Shown: positions 26,659 through 35,160 of the stretch, piece after piece
Numbering within the stretch: position 1 is the stretch's first letter
Layout: each line of letters opens with the position of its first letter
Source: a virus
IMG/VR virus record: IMGVR_UViG_3300034375_010007
Location: 1 to 64,000 of that record
DNA: 64,000 bases
Reading direction: 5' to 3' (one strand)
Position numbers and translations under genes: made by a program
The notes under the pieces: generated by a model
What the model was told of the DNA's origin: nothing
The model's input: only the letters and a program-made list of their open reading frames with translations
Databases searched by the model: none

Positions 26659-27932
26659 AAACTGTAGTATTAGTAGGACAACTAACTGATATATCAGGAT
26701 ACGGGCATGGAGCACGTAGCTATTTCAGCAATCTTCTAGATTTGGACAGAAGGGGCCTAATAGAGTTAAAATTAATAAACTTGTCATTTGAATCGGTTAT
26801 TTATAAGGATAAAAAATTAGACAAAGATTATAATGAGAAGTTGATTGCTTCTGTTCTCCCTGATGGCCGTGGCAAGCGTAGTTTTGGAATAGTAGATAAC
26901 AAATTTTTTGATGAAATATCAAATGGTAATAAAAAATATTCTGTTGTTTTTTTTCTTACCAACGATTGGCTTAATACTTTCACCGAAAAAGCATTTCCTG
27001 GGGTGAATTTAGAACCTATTGCCTCTTTTCTAAAAAACGCAGAAGAAATATATCCTTGCGTAGTTTGGGAAACTGATAAGCCACCATCCTCGTGGCTAGC
27101 AGGATATAAACGATATGAAGATAAGATAAGCAAGCTAATTTGTGCATGTGATTGGAACAAGGAACAGTTTTCTAAACACACAAATTTTGAAACAGTCAAA
27201 ATACCGTATACTATTAATGAAAAGTTATTAGTTGATGACGATTTCATTAGTGAACGCCTGTCGGGTTTAGAAAATAAATTTAATTTTGTAACTGTTGGTC
27301 AGTGGGGAAACAGAAAGGGGTTTGATAAGCTTATCAAAGCTTTCCTGCTTGAATTTAAAGATGACAAAGATGTTAACTTGATAATCAAAAGTTATCGTAA
27401 TGCAACCTTTCAGCCAAATGTTAGCGAAAGACAATTCTTCAAAGATGAGATAGAAAAAATTAAAGATCAAGTAAAAATGTATGGACGCCAAATTAAAAGT
27501 GATGCAAAAATAGTTATAATTTCTAGTATATTGAGTGCTGAGCAGATCAACTCTTTATATCATGTAAGTGACTGCTATGTTACTACTACAAGAGGCGAGG
27601 GATTTTGTTATCCAATAGCAGAATATTCTTGGTTTGGCAAACCGATAATATCTCCGTCCAAGGGAGGGCACACTGATCTTCTTCCGGAAGGAAGTATGAT
27701 GATTGATTCATCCTACGAACCAGTTGAAAATCAACCATCTTTATATTCATCAGACATGAATTATGTTGAGTGTTCAATCAATTCAACCAGAAATAAAATG
27801 AGAACCATCTACAATTTAAAAATAAATAACTCTGATGATTATGATAAACTTGGCAAACAGCACCTTAGCCATATAAAACAATATTTAAACCACGAAAGAA
27901 TAACAAGCTTATTTGAAGAAGCTTTACGGTAA
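26655..27932 (+). CDS. Glycosyltransferase family 4
   Basis: SGYG, WETD, QWGNRKG, RGEGFCYPIAE. Confidence 0.88.
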   Translation: MKTVVLVGQLTDISGYGHGARSYFSNLLDLDRRGLIELKLINLSFESVIYKDKKLDKDYNEKLIASVLPDGRGKRSFGIVDNKFFDEISNGNKKYSVVFFLTNDWLNTFTEKAFPGVNLEPIASFLKNAEEIYPCVVWETDKPPSSWLAGYKRYEDKISKLICACDWNKEQFSKHTNFETVKIPYTINEKLLVDDDFISERLSGLENKFNFVTVGQWGNRKGFDKLIKAFLLEFKDDKDVNLIIKSYRNATFQPNVSERQFFKDEIEKIKDQVKMYGRQIKSDAKIVIISSILSAEQINSLYHVSDCYVTTTRGEGFCYPIAEYSWFGKPIISPSKGGHTDLLPEGSMMIDSSYEPVENQPSLYSSDMNYVECSINSTRNKMRTIYNLKINNSDDYDKLGKQHLSHIKQYLNHERITSLFEEALR

Positions 27933-27937
27933 TTGAA

Positions 27938-28915
27938 ATGAAAAAAACTGCAATAATAACTGGGATTACCGGGCAAGATGGGTCTTATTTAGCTGACTTA
28001 TTGCTAAGTAAGGATTACAACGTTGTAGGTACTCTTAGAAGAACAGTAGTTTCTGAGAAAGAAAAGCTGGCCAACTTAAGTAATATAGACGATAATCGTC
28101 TTACTCTTATAGACGTTGATATTACGGATTCCGCTTCCGTATATAGGATGGTCAAAGAGCACCAACCAGATGAGTATTATAATTTAGCTGCCCAATCTCA
28201 TGTCGGCACATCATTTAGAACTCCTGCTTCTACTTTTGATATTAATGCAACAAGCGTTATTTACGCTTTAGAAGCTATTAGACTTGAGAGGCCAGAGTGT
28301 AAATTCTATCAAGCTTCAACATCAGAGATGTTTGGAGATAATGTTACAAACCCTCAAGGGGAAGATACATTCTTTTCTCCGGTTTCTCCATATGCTTGTG
28401 CAAAGCTAGCTGCTCACCATATGACGCAGACATATAGAAAATCTTATGATTTATTTGCCTGCTCTGGAATACTTTTCAATCATGAATCACCTAGAAGAGG
28501 TGAAAATTTCGTTACTAGAAAGATTACCAAGGCAGCTGCAAGAATCAAGCTTGGGTTACAAGACGAGCTAAGACTCGGCAATCTAGAGGCTCTCAGAGAT
28601 TGGGGGCACGCCAAGGACTATGTACGCGGGATGTGGTTGATGCTCCAACAGGATACCCCGGATGATTATATCTTAGCCACAGGCGAAGCTAACTCGGTAG
28701 AACAATTTCTAGAATATGTTTTTGACTATGCGGGGCTAAGCATCGATGATCGAGTTGTGATAGATCCTAAATTCTATCGACCCTGTGAGGTCCCAGAGTT
28801 GCGAGGAGATCCTTCAAAAGCTGAGAGAGTTTTGGGGTGGAATCGAGAATATGACTTTAGATCTTTAGCTATTGAGATGTTTGAAGAAGATTATAGGAGA
28901 GAAGAAAAATTATGA
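27938..28915 (+). CDS. gmd: GDP-mannose 4,6-dehydratase
   Basis: ITGITGQDGSYLA, NLAAQSHV, FYQASTSEMFG, PVSPYACAK, GILFNHESPRRGENFVTRKI, RDWGHAKDYV. Confidence 0.95.
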   Translation: MKKTAIITGITGQDGSYLADLLLSKDYNVVGTLRRTVVSEKEKLANLSNIDDNRLTLIDVDITDSASVYRMVKEHQPDEYYNLAAQSHVGTSFRTPASTFDINATSVIYALEAIRLERPECKFYQASTSEMFGDNVTNPQGEDTFFSPVSPYACAKLAAHHMTQTYRKSYDLFACSGILFNHESPRRGENFVTRKITKAAARIKLGLQDELRLGNLEALRDWGHAKDYVRGMWLMLQQDTPDDYILATGEANSVEQFLEYVFDYAGLSIDDRVVIDPKFYRPCEVPELRGDPSKAERVLGWNREYDFRSLAIEMFEEDYRREEKL

Positions 28916-29568
28916 ATTATTATGGCCAACTGGCAATAGACTTTATATTGCATTCTAGATATTTTAAAAACAAAAAAAATGGATTATTTGTAGAGTGTGG
29001 TGCTTTTAATGGAGTAGCCGATTCGAATACTCTGTTTTTTTATAAAAATCTAAATTGGAGAGGTTTTAATTTTGAGCCAATTCCAAGCATTTATCAGCAA
29101 CTAATCAAAAACAGACCAGAAGACATTAATTTAAACTTAGCTTTATCTAATAAAGACGGCACTTCGGTTTTTACTAGAGTTATAGAACAATCTCGTTTCC
29201 CGCAGTGGGGTGGAGACTTCGCAAATGGTTCACTAAAACATACTAAAAGTCATAAAAAACAAATTGAAAAAAATTTTCCTGGCTCCGAATATATCGATAT
29301 AGAAGTAAAAACCATTTCATTAAAATCTTTTTTTGAACAAAAAATTACAAAAAAACCAGAGTTATTTATTCTAGACATAGAGGGCTATGAGAATATCGTG
29401 CTGGAACAACTAAAAGAAATTCCAGAAAAAAAACATCCAGATGTGTGGTGTATCGAGTGGGGTCATGATGATGTTGAATTAACAAAAAGCATAATGAAAG
29501 AAAATAATTATGTACTAGATTACACAGATTCAATAAATCTTATTTTTACAAAAAGCTTTAATAAATGA
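28912..29568 (+). CDS. FkbM family methyltransferase
   Basis: FVECGAFNG..SNT, WRG..FEP, LDIEGYE. Confidence 0.88.
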   Translation: MNYYGQLAIDFILHSRYFKNKKNGLFVECGAFNGVADSNTLFFYKNLNWRGFNFEPIPSIYQQLIKNRPEDINLNLALSNKDGTSVFTRVIEQSRFPQWGGDFANGSLKHTKSHKKQIEKNFPGSEYIDIEVKTISLKSFFEQKITKKPELFILDIEGYENIVLEQLKEIPEKKHPDVWCIEWGHDDVELTKSIMKENNYVLDYTDSINLIFTKSFNK

Positions 29569-30329
29569 CAAAAAGTGAAATAAAAAAAATAATTAAAACT
29601 ACAAAAAATTTCAAAACCTATCAAAATAAATTGGATTTTTTACATAATAGATTTGAAGGAGAAACTTGTTACATTTTAGGCTGTGGGCCTTCTTTACTAG
29701 AAGCTAACAAGGATAATCTTAAAAAGGAATTACAAAATAATTTGTGTTTATCAATAAAAATTGCTTATTTTTCTTTTTTGGAGTTAGTTGATTTTCATTT
29801 TTTTAATTCTAATAATTTTATGAAATACCCCTACAGTGATGAGACGCTTATTGTTTCATCATCAGATTTTCAATCTGAGCAACAAGCTAAATCAGGTATT
29901 TGGCAGTTTCAAGAAAATGATATAAATTTTACGATTGCTAATAAATCTAAAAATGAAATGCTATCGAGGACAAAGCAAATAGAAAAATGGCTTATTTGCA
30001 ATTCTGGAACGAAAAGACCTTGGGGCCCCGGCATAATATATGAATCTGTATTATTTTTTGCTTACCATTTAGGTTGTAATAAAATAAAAACAATCGGTTG
30101 GGATTATATAGATCCTAATGATAAAAAAATATGTCACTTCTATAAAGAAGACTGGAGAATGTCACAACTTATAAACCCCGCAGCCCAACCGTATAGTGGA
30201 GAGATTAAAGAATCAATCGAACTATCAGGCGATTTTTATTCTTGGCTTTCCCAAAGAGACGTTGAAGTTTCAGCCTATGAATCAGAATTATGTTTTTTAT
30301 CAGATAAAATAAAAAGATATAAGTTATGA
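29565..30329 (+). CDS. Maf/DUF115/CstII-like nucleotide-sugar transferase
   Basis: GETCYILGCGPSL ... AYHLGCNKIKTIGWD. Confidence 0.7.
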   Translation: MTKSEIKKIIKTTKNFKTYQNKLDFLHNRFEGETCYILGCGPSLLEANKDNLKKELQNNLCLSIKIAYFSFLELVDFHFFNSNNFMKYPYSDETLIVSSSDFQSEQQAKSGIWQFQENDINFTIANKSKNEMLSRTKQIEKWLICNSGTKRPWGPGIIYESVLFFAYHLGCNKIKTIGWDYIDPNDKKICHFYKEDWRMSQLINPAAQPYSGEIKESIELSGDFYSWLSQRDVEVSAYESELCFLSDKIKRYKL

Positions 30330-30991
30330 AAATTAATATAATAATTCCCGCTAAAGGAAATAGCGAAAGAATAAAAAACAAAAACCTGTATGAAGTTGGG
30401 GGTAAAAGTCTAATATATCATGCATGCGAGAAAGTTCTTGATTGTAAACATATTGATAACGTGTACTTGGACACAGAAAGTAGAGATGTTATTGCAAGTG
30501 TGACACCACTATTCTCAAAAGGACTAAAACTAATCAAAAGACATCCAAGTCTGGCCACAAACGATATTGGTGCCAATGAGATGATGATTTATGGGCTACA
30601 CAGTATTGAAGAGTGCGATGTGTTATTGCAGACATTTTGTACATCACCATTGCTGACATCAGAAACAATTGATAGGTGCATCGAGACATTTATAAACCAC
30701 GGCATGACTAAGCACGATTCCTTTTTTACAGTTGTTGATGTGCAAGAGTATTTTTGGAAAAATGGTAAAGCATATAATTTTTCAACTAAAGAATTACCAA
30801 ATAGTTTTGAACTTGACATATTGAAAATGGAAACTCATGGACTATACGGCATAACAGTAGACTCTTTGCTAAAAAATAAAACTAGAGTTGGCAACAACCC
30901 AATGATGATTAATATTACAAAAATGGAATCACTTGATATCAATGTAGAAGAAGATTTACAACTAATAGAGAGGATAATGAATGCTTCCTGA
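30326..30991 (+). CDS. neuA: Acylneuraminate cytidylyltransferase (CMP-NulO synthetase)
   Basis: IIPAKGNSERIKNKN, CTSPLL, SLDINVEED. Confidence 0.85.
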   Translation: MKINIIIPAKGNSERIKNKNLYEVGGKSLIYHACEKVLDCKHIDNVYLDTESRDVIASVTPLFSKGLKLIKRHPSLATNDIGANEMMIYGLHSIEECDVLLQTFCTSPLLTSETIDRCIETFINHGMTKHDSFFTVVDVQEYFWKNGKAYNFSTKELPNSFELDILKMETHGLYGITVDSLLKNKTRVGNNPMMINITKMESLDINVEEDLQLIERIMNAS

Positions 30992-31631
30992 CGACATATA
31001 CATGGGAATAGTTTACGATTCTTTAAGAATTATGGGCGAAAAATATAAAAATTTCTATATTAACATTAAACCAAAATGCGGCTATGATTCGATCATACAA
31101 GGAAATTGTTTCACAACTTATGGAGAGGTTGTTGAAGATTGGGATGTAGATTACACCGAAGTAGACAACATACGTCTTGAGATGTATAAGTTAGATGTAT
31201 TTTCGGACAATCCGATTGTGTTCCTTCAAGCTAATGACGATAAAGTAGCCCACAGTGGCGATATAACTTCTTTGATATATAAAAAGCTTGGAGCGAAGGG
31301 GTTTGTAACAGATGGAATAGTTAGGGACATTGATATCATAGATAAACTACAATTTCCCGTATTCTGCAGAGATGAGAACCCAATTGATGCTATTGATTAT
31401 TGGGCCCTAACAAAATTTCAAAATACTATTGAAATTGATGGAGTCGTAATAACACCAAATGATTATTCATTCGCTAGTAGAGATGGTGTAATAATTGTCA
31501 GATCTGATCTGAAAGAAAAGTTTAAGAAAATCGCACTTGAACAGCTAGAGAGAGAGAAAAAAGTACGTTTTTTGATTAATGAGAAAACAAAAACGTTTGA
31601 GCAAATAGTAGAGGAAATGGGAAGATGGTAA
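30981..31631 (+). CDS. RraA-family HMG/CHA-type aldolase
   Basis: AHSGDIT...GAKGFVTDGIVRD..I...FPVF, IDGVVITPND...RDGVIIV. Confidence 0.8.
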   Translation: MLPDDIYMGIVYDSLRIMGEKYKNFYINIKPKCGYDSIIQGNCFTTYGEVVEDWDVDYTEVDNIRLEMYKLDVFSDNPIVFLQANDDKVAHSGDITSLIYKKLGAKGFVTDGIVRDIDIIDKLQFPVFCRDENPIDAIDYWALTKFQNTIEIDGVVITPNDYSFASRDGVIIVRSDLKEKFKKIALEQLEREKKVRFLINEKTKTFEQIVEEMGRW

Positions 31632-32467
31632 TAGAGAAGCCAATCATGGTGGCTGAGCTAAGCATTAACCATCTGGGGATGGTCAAAATAGCTCAAAAAA
31701 TGATAGATGAAGCTATTGGCGGCGGCGCGGATCTTATCAAACTTAAATTCAAGAATGTTGAAAAGTATTATAAAGATGACGGCAAGAAATGGAGAAATTT
31801 TAATTTCAAAACTTATCGAGGATCTCTAGAGCTAAGTAAGGAAGATTTTGGATATTTAGCCGAATACTGTAATTCTAAGGGGATTAAGTGGTTCTGCACA
31901 GTACACGATGAAGAGGGGCTAAATTTTATAAAGACGTTTGATCCTCCATTCTATAAGGTTGCTAGTATGGACGCTGGCAAAACTGAATTAGTCAAAAAGG
32001 TTATGAGTCTGTGCGCATCAGAAGATAAGCCTCTTATTATTAGTTTGGGTGGAAAATCTAATGAATTTGTTACTACATTAGTAGATAAAATCAACGCACA
32101 TAAGCTAAAAGCTTTCTTATTACATACTGTTTCTATTTATCCAACACCAGATGGCAAGTCTAATATATCTTACATTACTAATCTTCGTAAGAAATTTGAA
32201 AGTGATAACATTAAAATTGGATATTCGGGCCATGAAGTGGGGTATGCTCCTTCTATCTTGGCAACCCTTCAAGGAGCTAGAATGATAGAGAGACACTTTA
32301 CGTTGTCTTTAGATTGGAATATACACCATTTGGGGTGTGCTTTGACCCCAGAAAAATATAGAGAAATGAACGAAACAATAGATAAGTTAATTTTAGAAAA
32401 CAATGCTGGATTAACTGAGTTTCACAAAGAGGAATTAGATTTCCTTAAAGATATGAAGTACGCATGA
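31625..32467 (+). CDS. neuB: NeuB-family nonulosonic acid synthase (no C-terminal SAF domain)
   Basis: AELSINHLG, GADLIK, KVAS, HTVSIYP, GYSGHE, IERHFTL. Confidence 0.85.
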   Translation: MVIEKPIMVAELSINHLGMVKIAQKMIDEAIGGGADLIKLKFKNVEKYYKDDGKKWRNFNFKTYRGSLELSKEDFGYLAEYCNSKGIKWFCTVHDEEGLNFIKTFDPPFYKVASMDAGKTELVKKVMSLCASEDKPLIISLGGKSNEFVTTLVDKINAHKLKAFLLHTVSIYPTPDGKSNISYITNLRKKFESDNIKIGYSGHEVGYAPSILATLQGARMIERHFTLSLDWNIHHLGCALTPEKYREMNETIDKLILENNAGLTEFHKEELDFLKDMKYA

Positions 32468-33054
32468 TTTATATTGTTAGACATGGACAAACAGCCTGGA
32501 ATTTACAAGGCAGAAAACAGGGGAGAAAAGATTCTCCCTTAACTTTGAAAGGAGTTGAACAAGCAAAAGAAGTCTCTAAAATTTTGAATGATTCCATCAA
32601 AGATTATACTAAGTTCAAGATAGTAGTATCTCCCCAGTGGAGATGTCAGCAATTTGCTAGTATCATATGCGAACTTGCTGGTATTGATTTTTCTGCATGT
32701 ATATTTGAAGAGAATTTAAGAGAGCATTGTTTTGGATTGTGGGAAGGCAAAACAGAAGAAGAGATAGAGGAAGAATTTCCCGGGTTTTTAGCAAAAAGAT
32801 ATATCCCAGAAAATTACTGGAGTTATGTGGTTCCGATGGGTGAGAGCTATGAGTTGCTGTATTCCAGAATTAAAAAAGTTTTAGATAAGTACGAAGGACA
32901 AAAAGTTGTATATATTTGCCATGAAATGGTGTCAAAAGTTATAAGAGGTAAAACTCTGAACTTATCCCCAGAGCAGATACTTCCTCTTAGGCACCCACAA
33001 GACTGTGTGTATAAAGTAGAGAACAATACATTGACGGAGTTGCGAAGTGTTTGA
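32464..33054 (+). CDS. Histidine phosphatase (phosphoglycerate mutase family)
   Basis: VRHGQTAWN, DSPLT..G, LREH.FG.WEG, GES, ICH. Confidence 0.88.
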   Translation: MIYIVRHGQTAWNLQGRKQGRKDSPLTLKGVEQAKEVSKILNDSIKDYTKFKIVVSPQWRCQQFASIICELAGIDFSACIFEENLREHCFGLWEGKTEEEIEEEFPGFLAKRYIPENYWSYVVPMGESYELLYSRIKKVLDKYEGQKVVYICHEMVSKVIRGKTLNLSPEQILPLRHPQDCVYKVENNTLTELRSV

Positions 33055-33157
33055 AAATTGGACATTTAAAGAACCTACAAGTGAATTTGTAGAACAAAGG
33101 AGTTGCTTAGATATTGGTGCTAGAAAAAACATGTCTGATTTCCCACTAAAATACTAA
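33047..33157 (+). pseudogene. Truncated SAM-methyltransferase remnant (36 aa)
   Basis: GGAG SD, GTG start, MFENWTFKEPTSEFVEQRSCLDIGARKNMSDFPLKY*; LDIGA resembles motif I. Confidence 0.4.
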
Positions 33158-33171
33158 AAAGGAGTAGAAAA

Positions 33172-33369
33172 ATGAAACTATCAAACCAAGCAGTAGGGGC
33201 TCTAATGATGGCCCTTCAAAGATCTCTAATGGAGCAGTCGGACATTGTTCCTGTTCTACAAGGGATGGATTTTCAGGTAAATCCAGAAGATTCGTCACAT
33301 TCGGAGTTGGTTGTCACGAACCCACCAACAATTAATTTTGACAATGTCGAACTAAACGAGGAAGGATAA
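33172..33369 (+). CDS. Hypothetical protein
   Basis: AAGGAG SD; 65 aa. Confidence 0.75.
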   Translation: MKLSNQAVGALMMALQRSLMEQSDIVPVLQGMDFQVNPEDSSHSELVVTNPPTINFDNVELNEEG

Positions 33370-33373
33370 TAAA

Positions 33374-33532
33374 ATGTTTAAGAAGACACAGGAAACTCGA
33401 TACATCACCGAGGGTCAGGCCCGAGAATTAGCAGATGAGCTTGTTCGTACAGCACTTAGAGAGCAAGCTAGAGAGCTTGAGAAGCACCTTGCCGATATAG
33501 ACAAACGACTTAAAACTCTAGAGAGAAGGTAA
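33374..33532 (+). CDS. Small coiled-coil protein (52 aa, not in the ORF track)
   Basis: AAGGA SD; MFKKTQETRYITEGQARELADELVRTALREQARELEKHLADIDKRLKTLERR* fills the gap exactly. Confidence 0.75.
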   Translation: MFKKTQETRYITEGQARELADELVRTALREQARELEKHLADIDKRLKTLERR

Positions 33533-33534
33533 TA

Positions 33535-33783
33535 ATGCCCAGATATGTCTATCGTTGTACGGAATGCGAAGAGCTTTCAACTATCAATCACTCATCCGAT
33601 GAGGTAGAAACAAAGTGCCCTAAGTGCGCCACCGATAGAGGACTAGTGAAATTACTTACCAATTTTACTACGAGAAAAAATGGAACAAAACTTAACAAGG
33701 TTGGTCAAGTAACAGAGCAATTTATAGAAGATTCGCGTCAAGAGTTGGAACAACAAAAAGAGCAACTAAATAAAAACAAATAA
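33535..33783 (+). CDS. FmdB-type zinc ribbon protein
   Basis: MPRYVYRCTECE ... CPKC. Confidence 0.8.
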   Translation: MPRYVYRCTECEELSTINHSSDEVETKCPKCATDRGLVKLLTNFTTRKNGTKLNKVGQVTEQFIEDSRQELEQQKEQLNKNK

Positions 33784-34151
33784 TGTTCATTCATATTGTA
33801 TTAATCATATCCCTTGCAATAAACGTACTTTTGGGTTGGTATATATCAAGGATGTTACAAAAGTTTATATTTATCTCAGACAATATGTCTGATTTGTTTT
33901 TGACCACAAAAGCTTTTCAAGTGTTTGTAAAGGATATGTATAGCATGGATTCTTTTCACGGGGAGCCGATCATCCAAGAATTGGTGCTTCGTATAAGAGA
34001 AGTAAATGAAGAAATGTCTAATTTTAAAGAGATATTTGAATATACAATAGACGCTGAATTGGAACAAGAACTAGAGGAAGCGCTAAATGCCGAGGAAGAA
34101 GAGCAAGAAAAATTATTACTTTACGCAGGCACACGAAGACGCAATAGTTAA
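33783..34151 (+). CDS. Membrane-anchored hypothetical protein
   Basis: N-terminal TM helix. Confidence 0.7.
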   Translation: MFIHIVLIISLAINVLLGWYISRMLQKFIFISDNMSDLFLTTKAFQVFVKDMYSMDSFHGEPIIQELVLRIREVNEEMSNFKEIFEYTIDAELEQELEEALNAEEEEQEKLLLYAGTRRRNS

Positions 34152-34773
34152 GTATGCCCTGACAAATGACAGGGAATTGCGATCTAAGTTATACGAAGAG
34201 TACATACAGCCTGCGTTTGACGATATGGTAGACAAGATAATCTACACTTATCGTTTTACCACACTGCCAAACATTGACTATCTCAGAGCAGATTGTAAGG
34301 TTTGGTTAACGACCATCCTAAACAAATACGATCCGAACAAAGGCTCCAAAGCCTTTTCATATTTCTCGGTTGTAACAAAGAACTGGTTTATCCATAAGGT
34401 AAAGAGAACCAAAAAGCGTCTACAAACAGAAGTCTTTATGGAGGATGTTCTGAATGAGATGGATGAAAACCTAATATCGGAGGATCCCAGTTATTTCGAC
34501 AAAAGATCGGAGATGGAATTTTGGATGTCTCTCAATAATGAGATAGATACTTGGGATTCATTTATGATAAAAGAAAACGAGAAGAAGGTTCTTATGGCTG
34601 TTCGTATTCTTTTAGACTCCGCTGATCAAATAGAAATTTTTAATAAGAAGGCAATCTATCTATATTTGAGAGAAATTACAGGACTTAATACAAAACAGGT
34701 TGTCAATAATCTTAATAAGCTTCGCAAGAGGTACAGGACGTTTAAGACAAAATGGGAAAACAGCGAGATCTAG
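34087..34773 (+). CDS. Phage RNA polymerase sigma factor (gp55-like late sigma)
   Basis: Region-2-like KYDPNKGSKAFSYFSVVTKNWFI; NYYFT N-terminus; sits just before the structural genes. Confidence 0.75.
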   Translation: MPRKKSKKNYYFTQAHEDAIVKYALTNDRELRSKLYEEYIQPAFDDMVDKIIYTYRFTTLPNIDYLRADCKVWLTTILNKYDPNKGSKAFSYFSVVTKNWFIHKVKRTKKRLQTEVFMEDVLNEMDENLISEDPSYFDKRSEMEFWMSLNNEIDTWDSFMIKENEKKVLMAVRILLDSADQIEIFNKKAIYLYLREITGLNTKQVVNNLNKLRKRYRTFKTKWENSEI

Positions 34774-34873
34774 TATTTTTCGCCTTTTTGTGGAATAAAA
34801 ACTATAAAGATTCTACCTACTAATGCTGACAAAGAGGGTATTTAAAGAAAAATGGGAAAACAGCGAGATTTAA
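34735..34873 (+). repeat. Diverged 39-bp direct repeat of the sigma gene 3' end, offset by 100 bp
   Basis: 34735-34773 vs 34835-34873; 21-bp identical core AAAATGGGAAAACAGCGAGAT. Confidence 0.85.
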
Positions 34874-35160
34874 GTTTAGAGCATTACATAGAAGAAACCA
34901 CGACAAACATCAAAGAAGATCGTGCGATGGCCAAGTCTTTACTAATGGATGTAATGGCCGATATGAAAGCCTCTCCCGCCGATAGAAGAGAGATGGGCCC
35001 AATCGCGGCCAAGTATGTAGAAAACCTTCAAAGATCCAATGAGCAGATGGTGAAGCTTGCTGCGATCCTTCAACGCCAAAAGACAGGCCAAGTAGGTCTC
35101 ACAGCCGACGACAAAGAGCAGTTGTTTGATTTGTTGAACGAGAGCAAAGAAGATGGCTAA
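34852..35160 (+). CDS. Helical hypothetical protein
   Basis: 102 aa ORF; LQRSNEQMVKLA. Confidence 0.75.
   Translation: MGKQRDLSLEHYIEETTTNIKEDRAMAKSLLMDVMADMKASPADRREMGPIAAKYVENLQRSNEQMVKLAAILQRQKTGQVGLTADDKEQLFDLLNESKEDG

Noticed and set aside
1435-33054. Bacterial chromosome or prophage interpretation
   Set aside because: Host-like genes are interleaved with phage-type genes; no integrase or core housekeeping operon is present.
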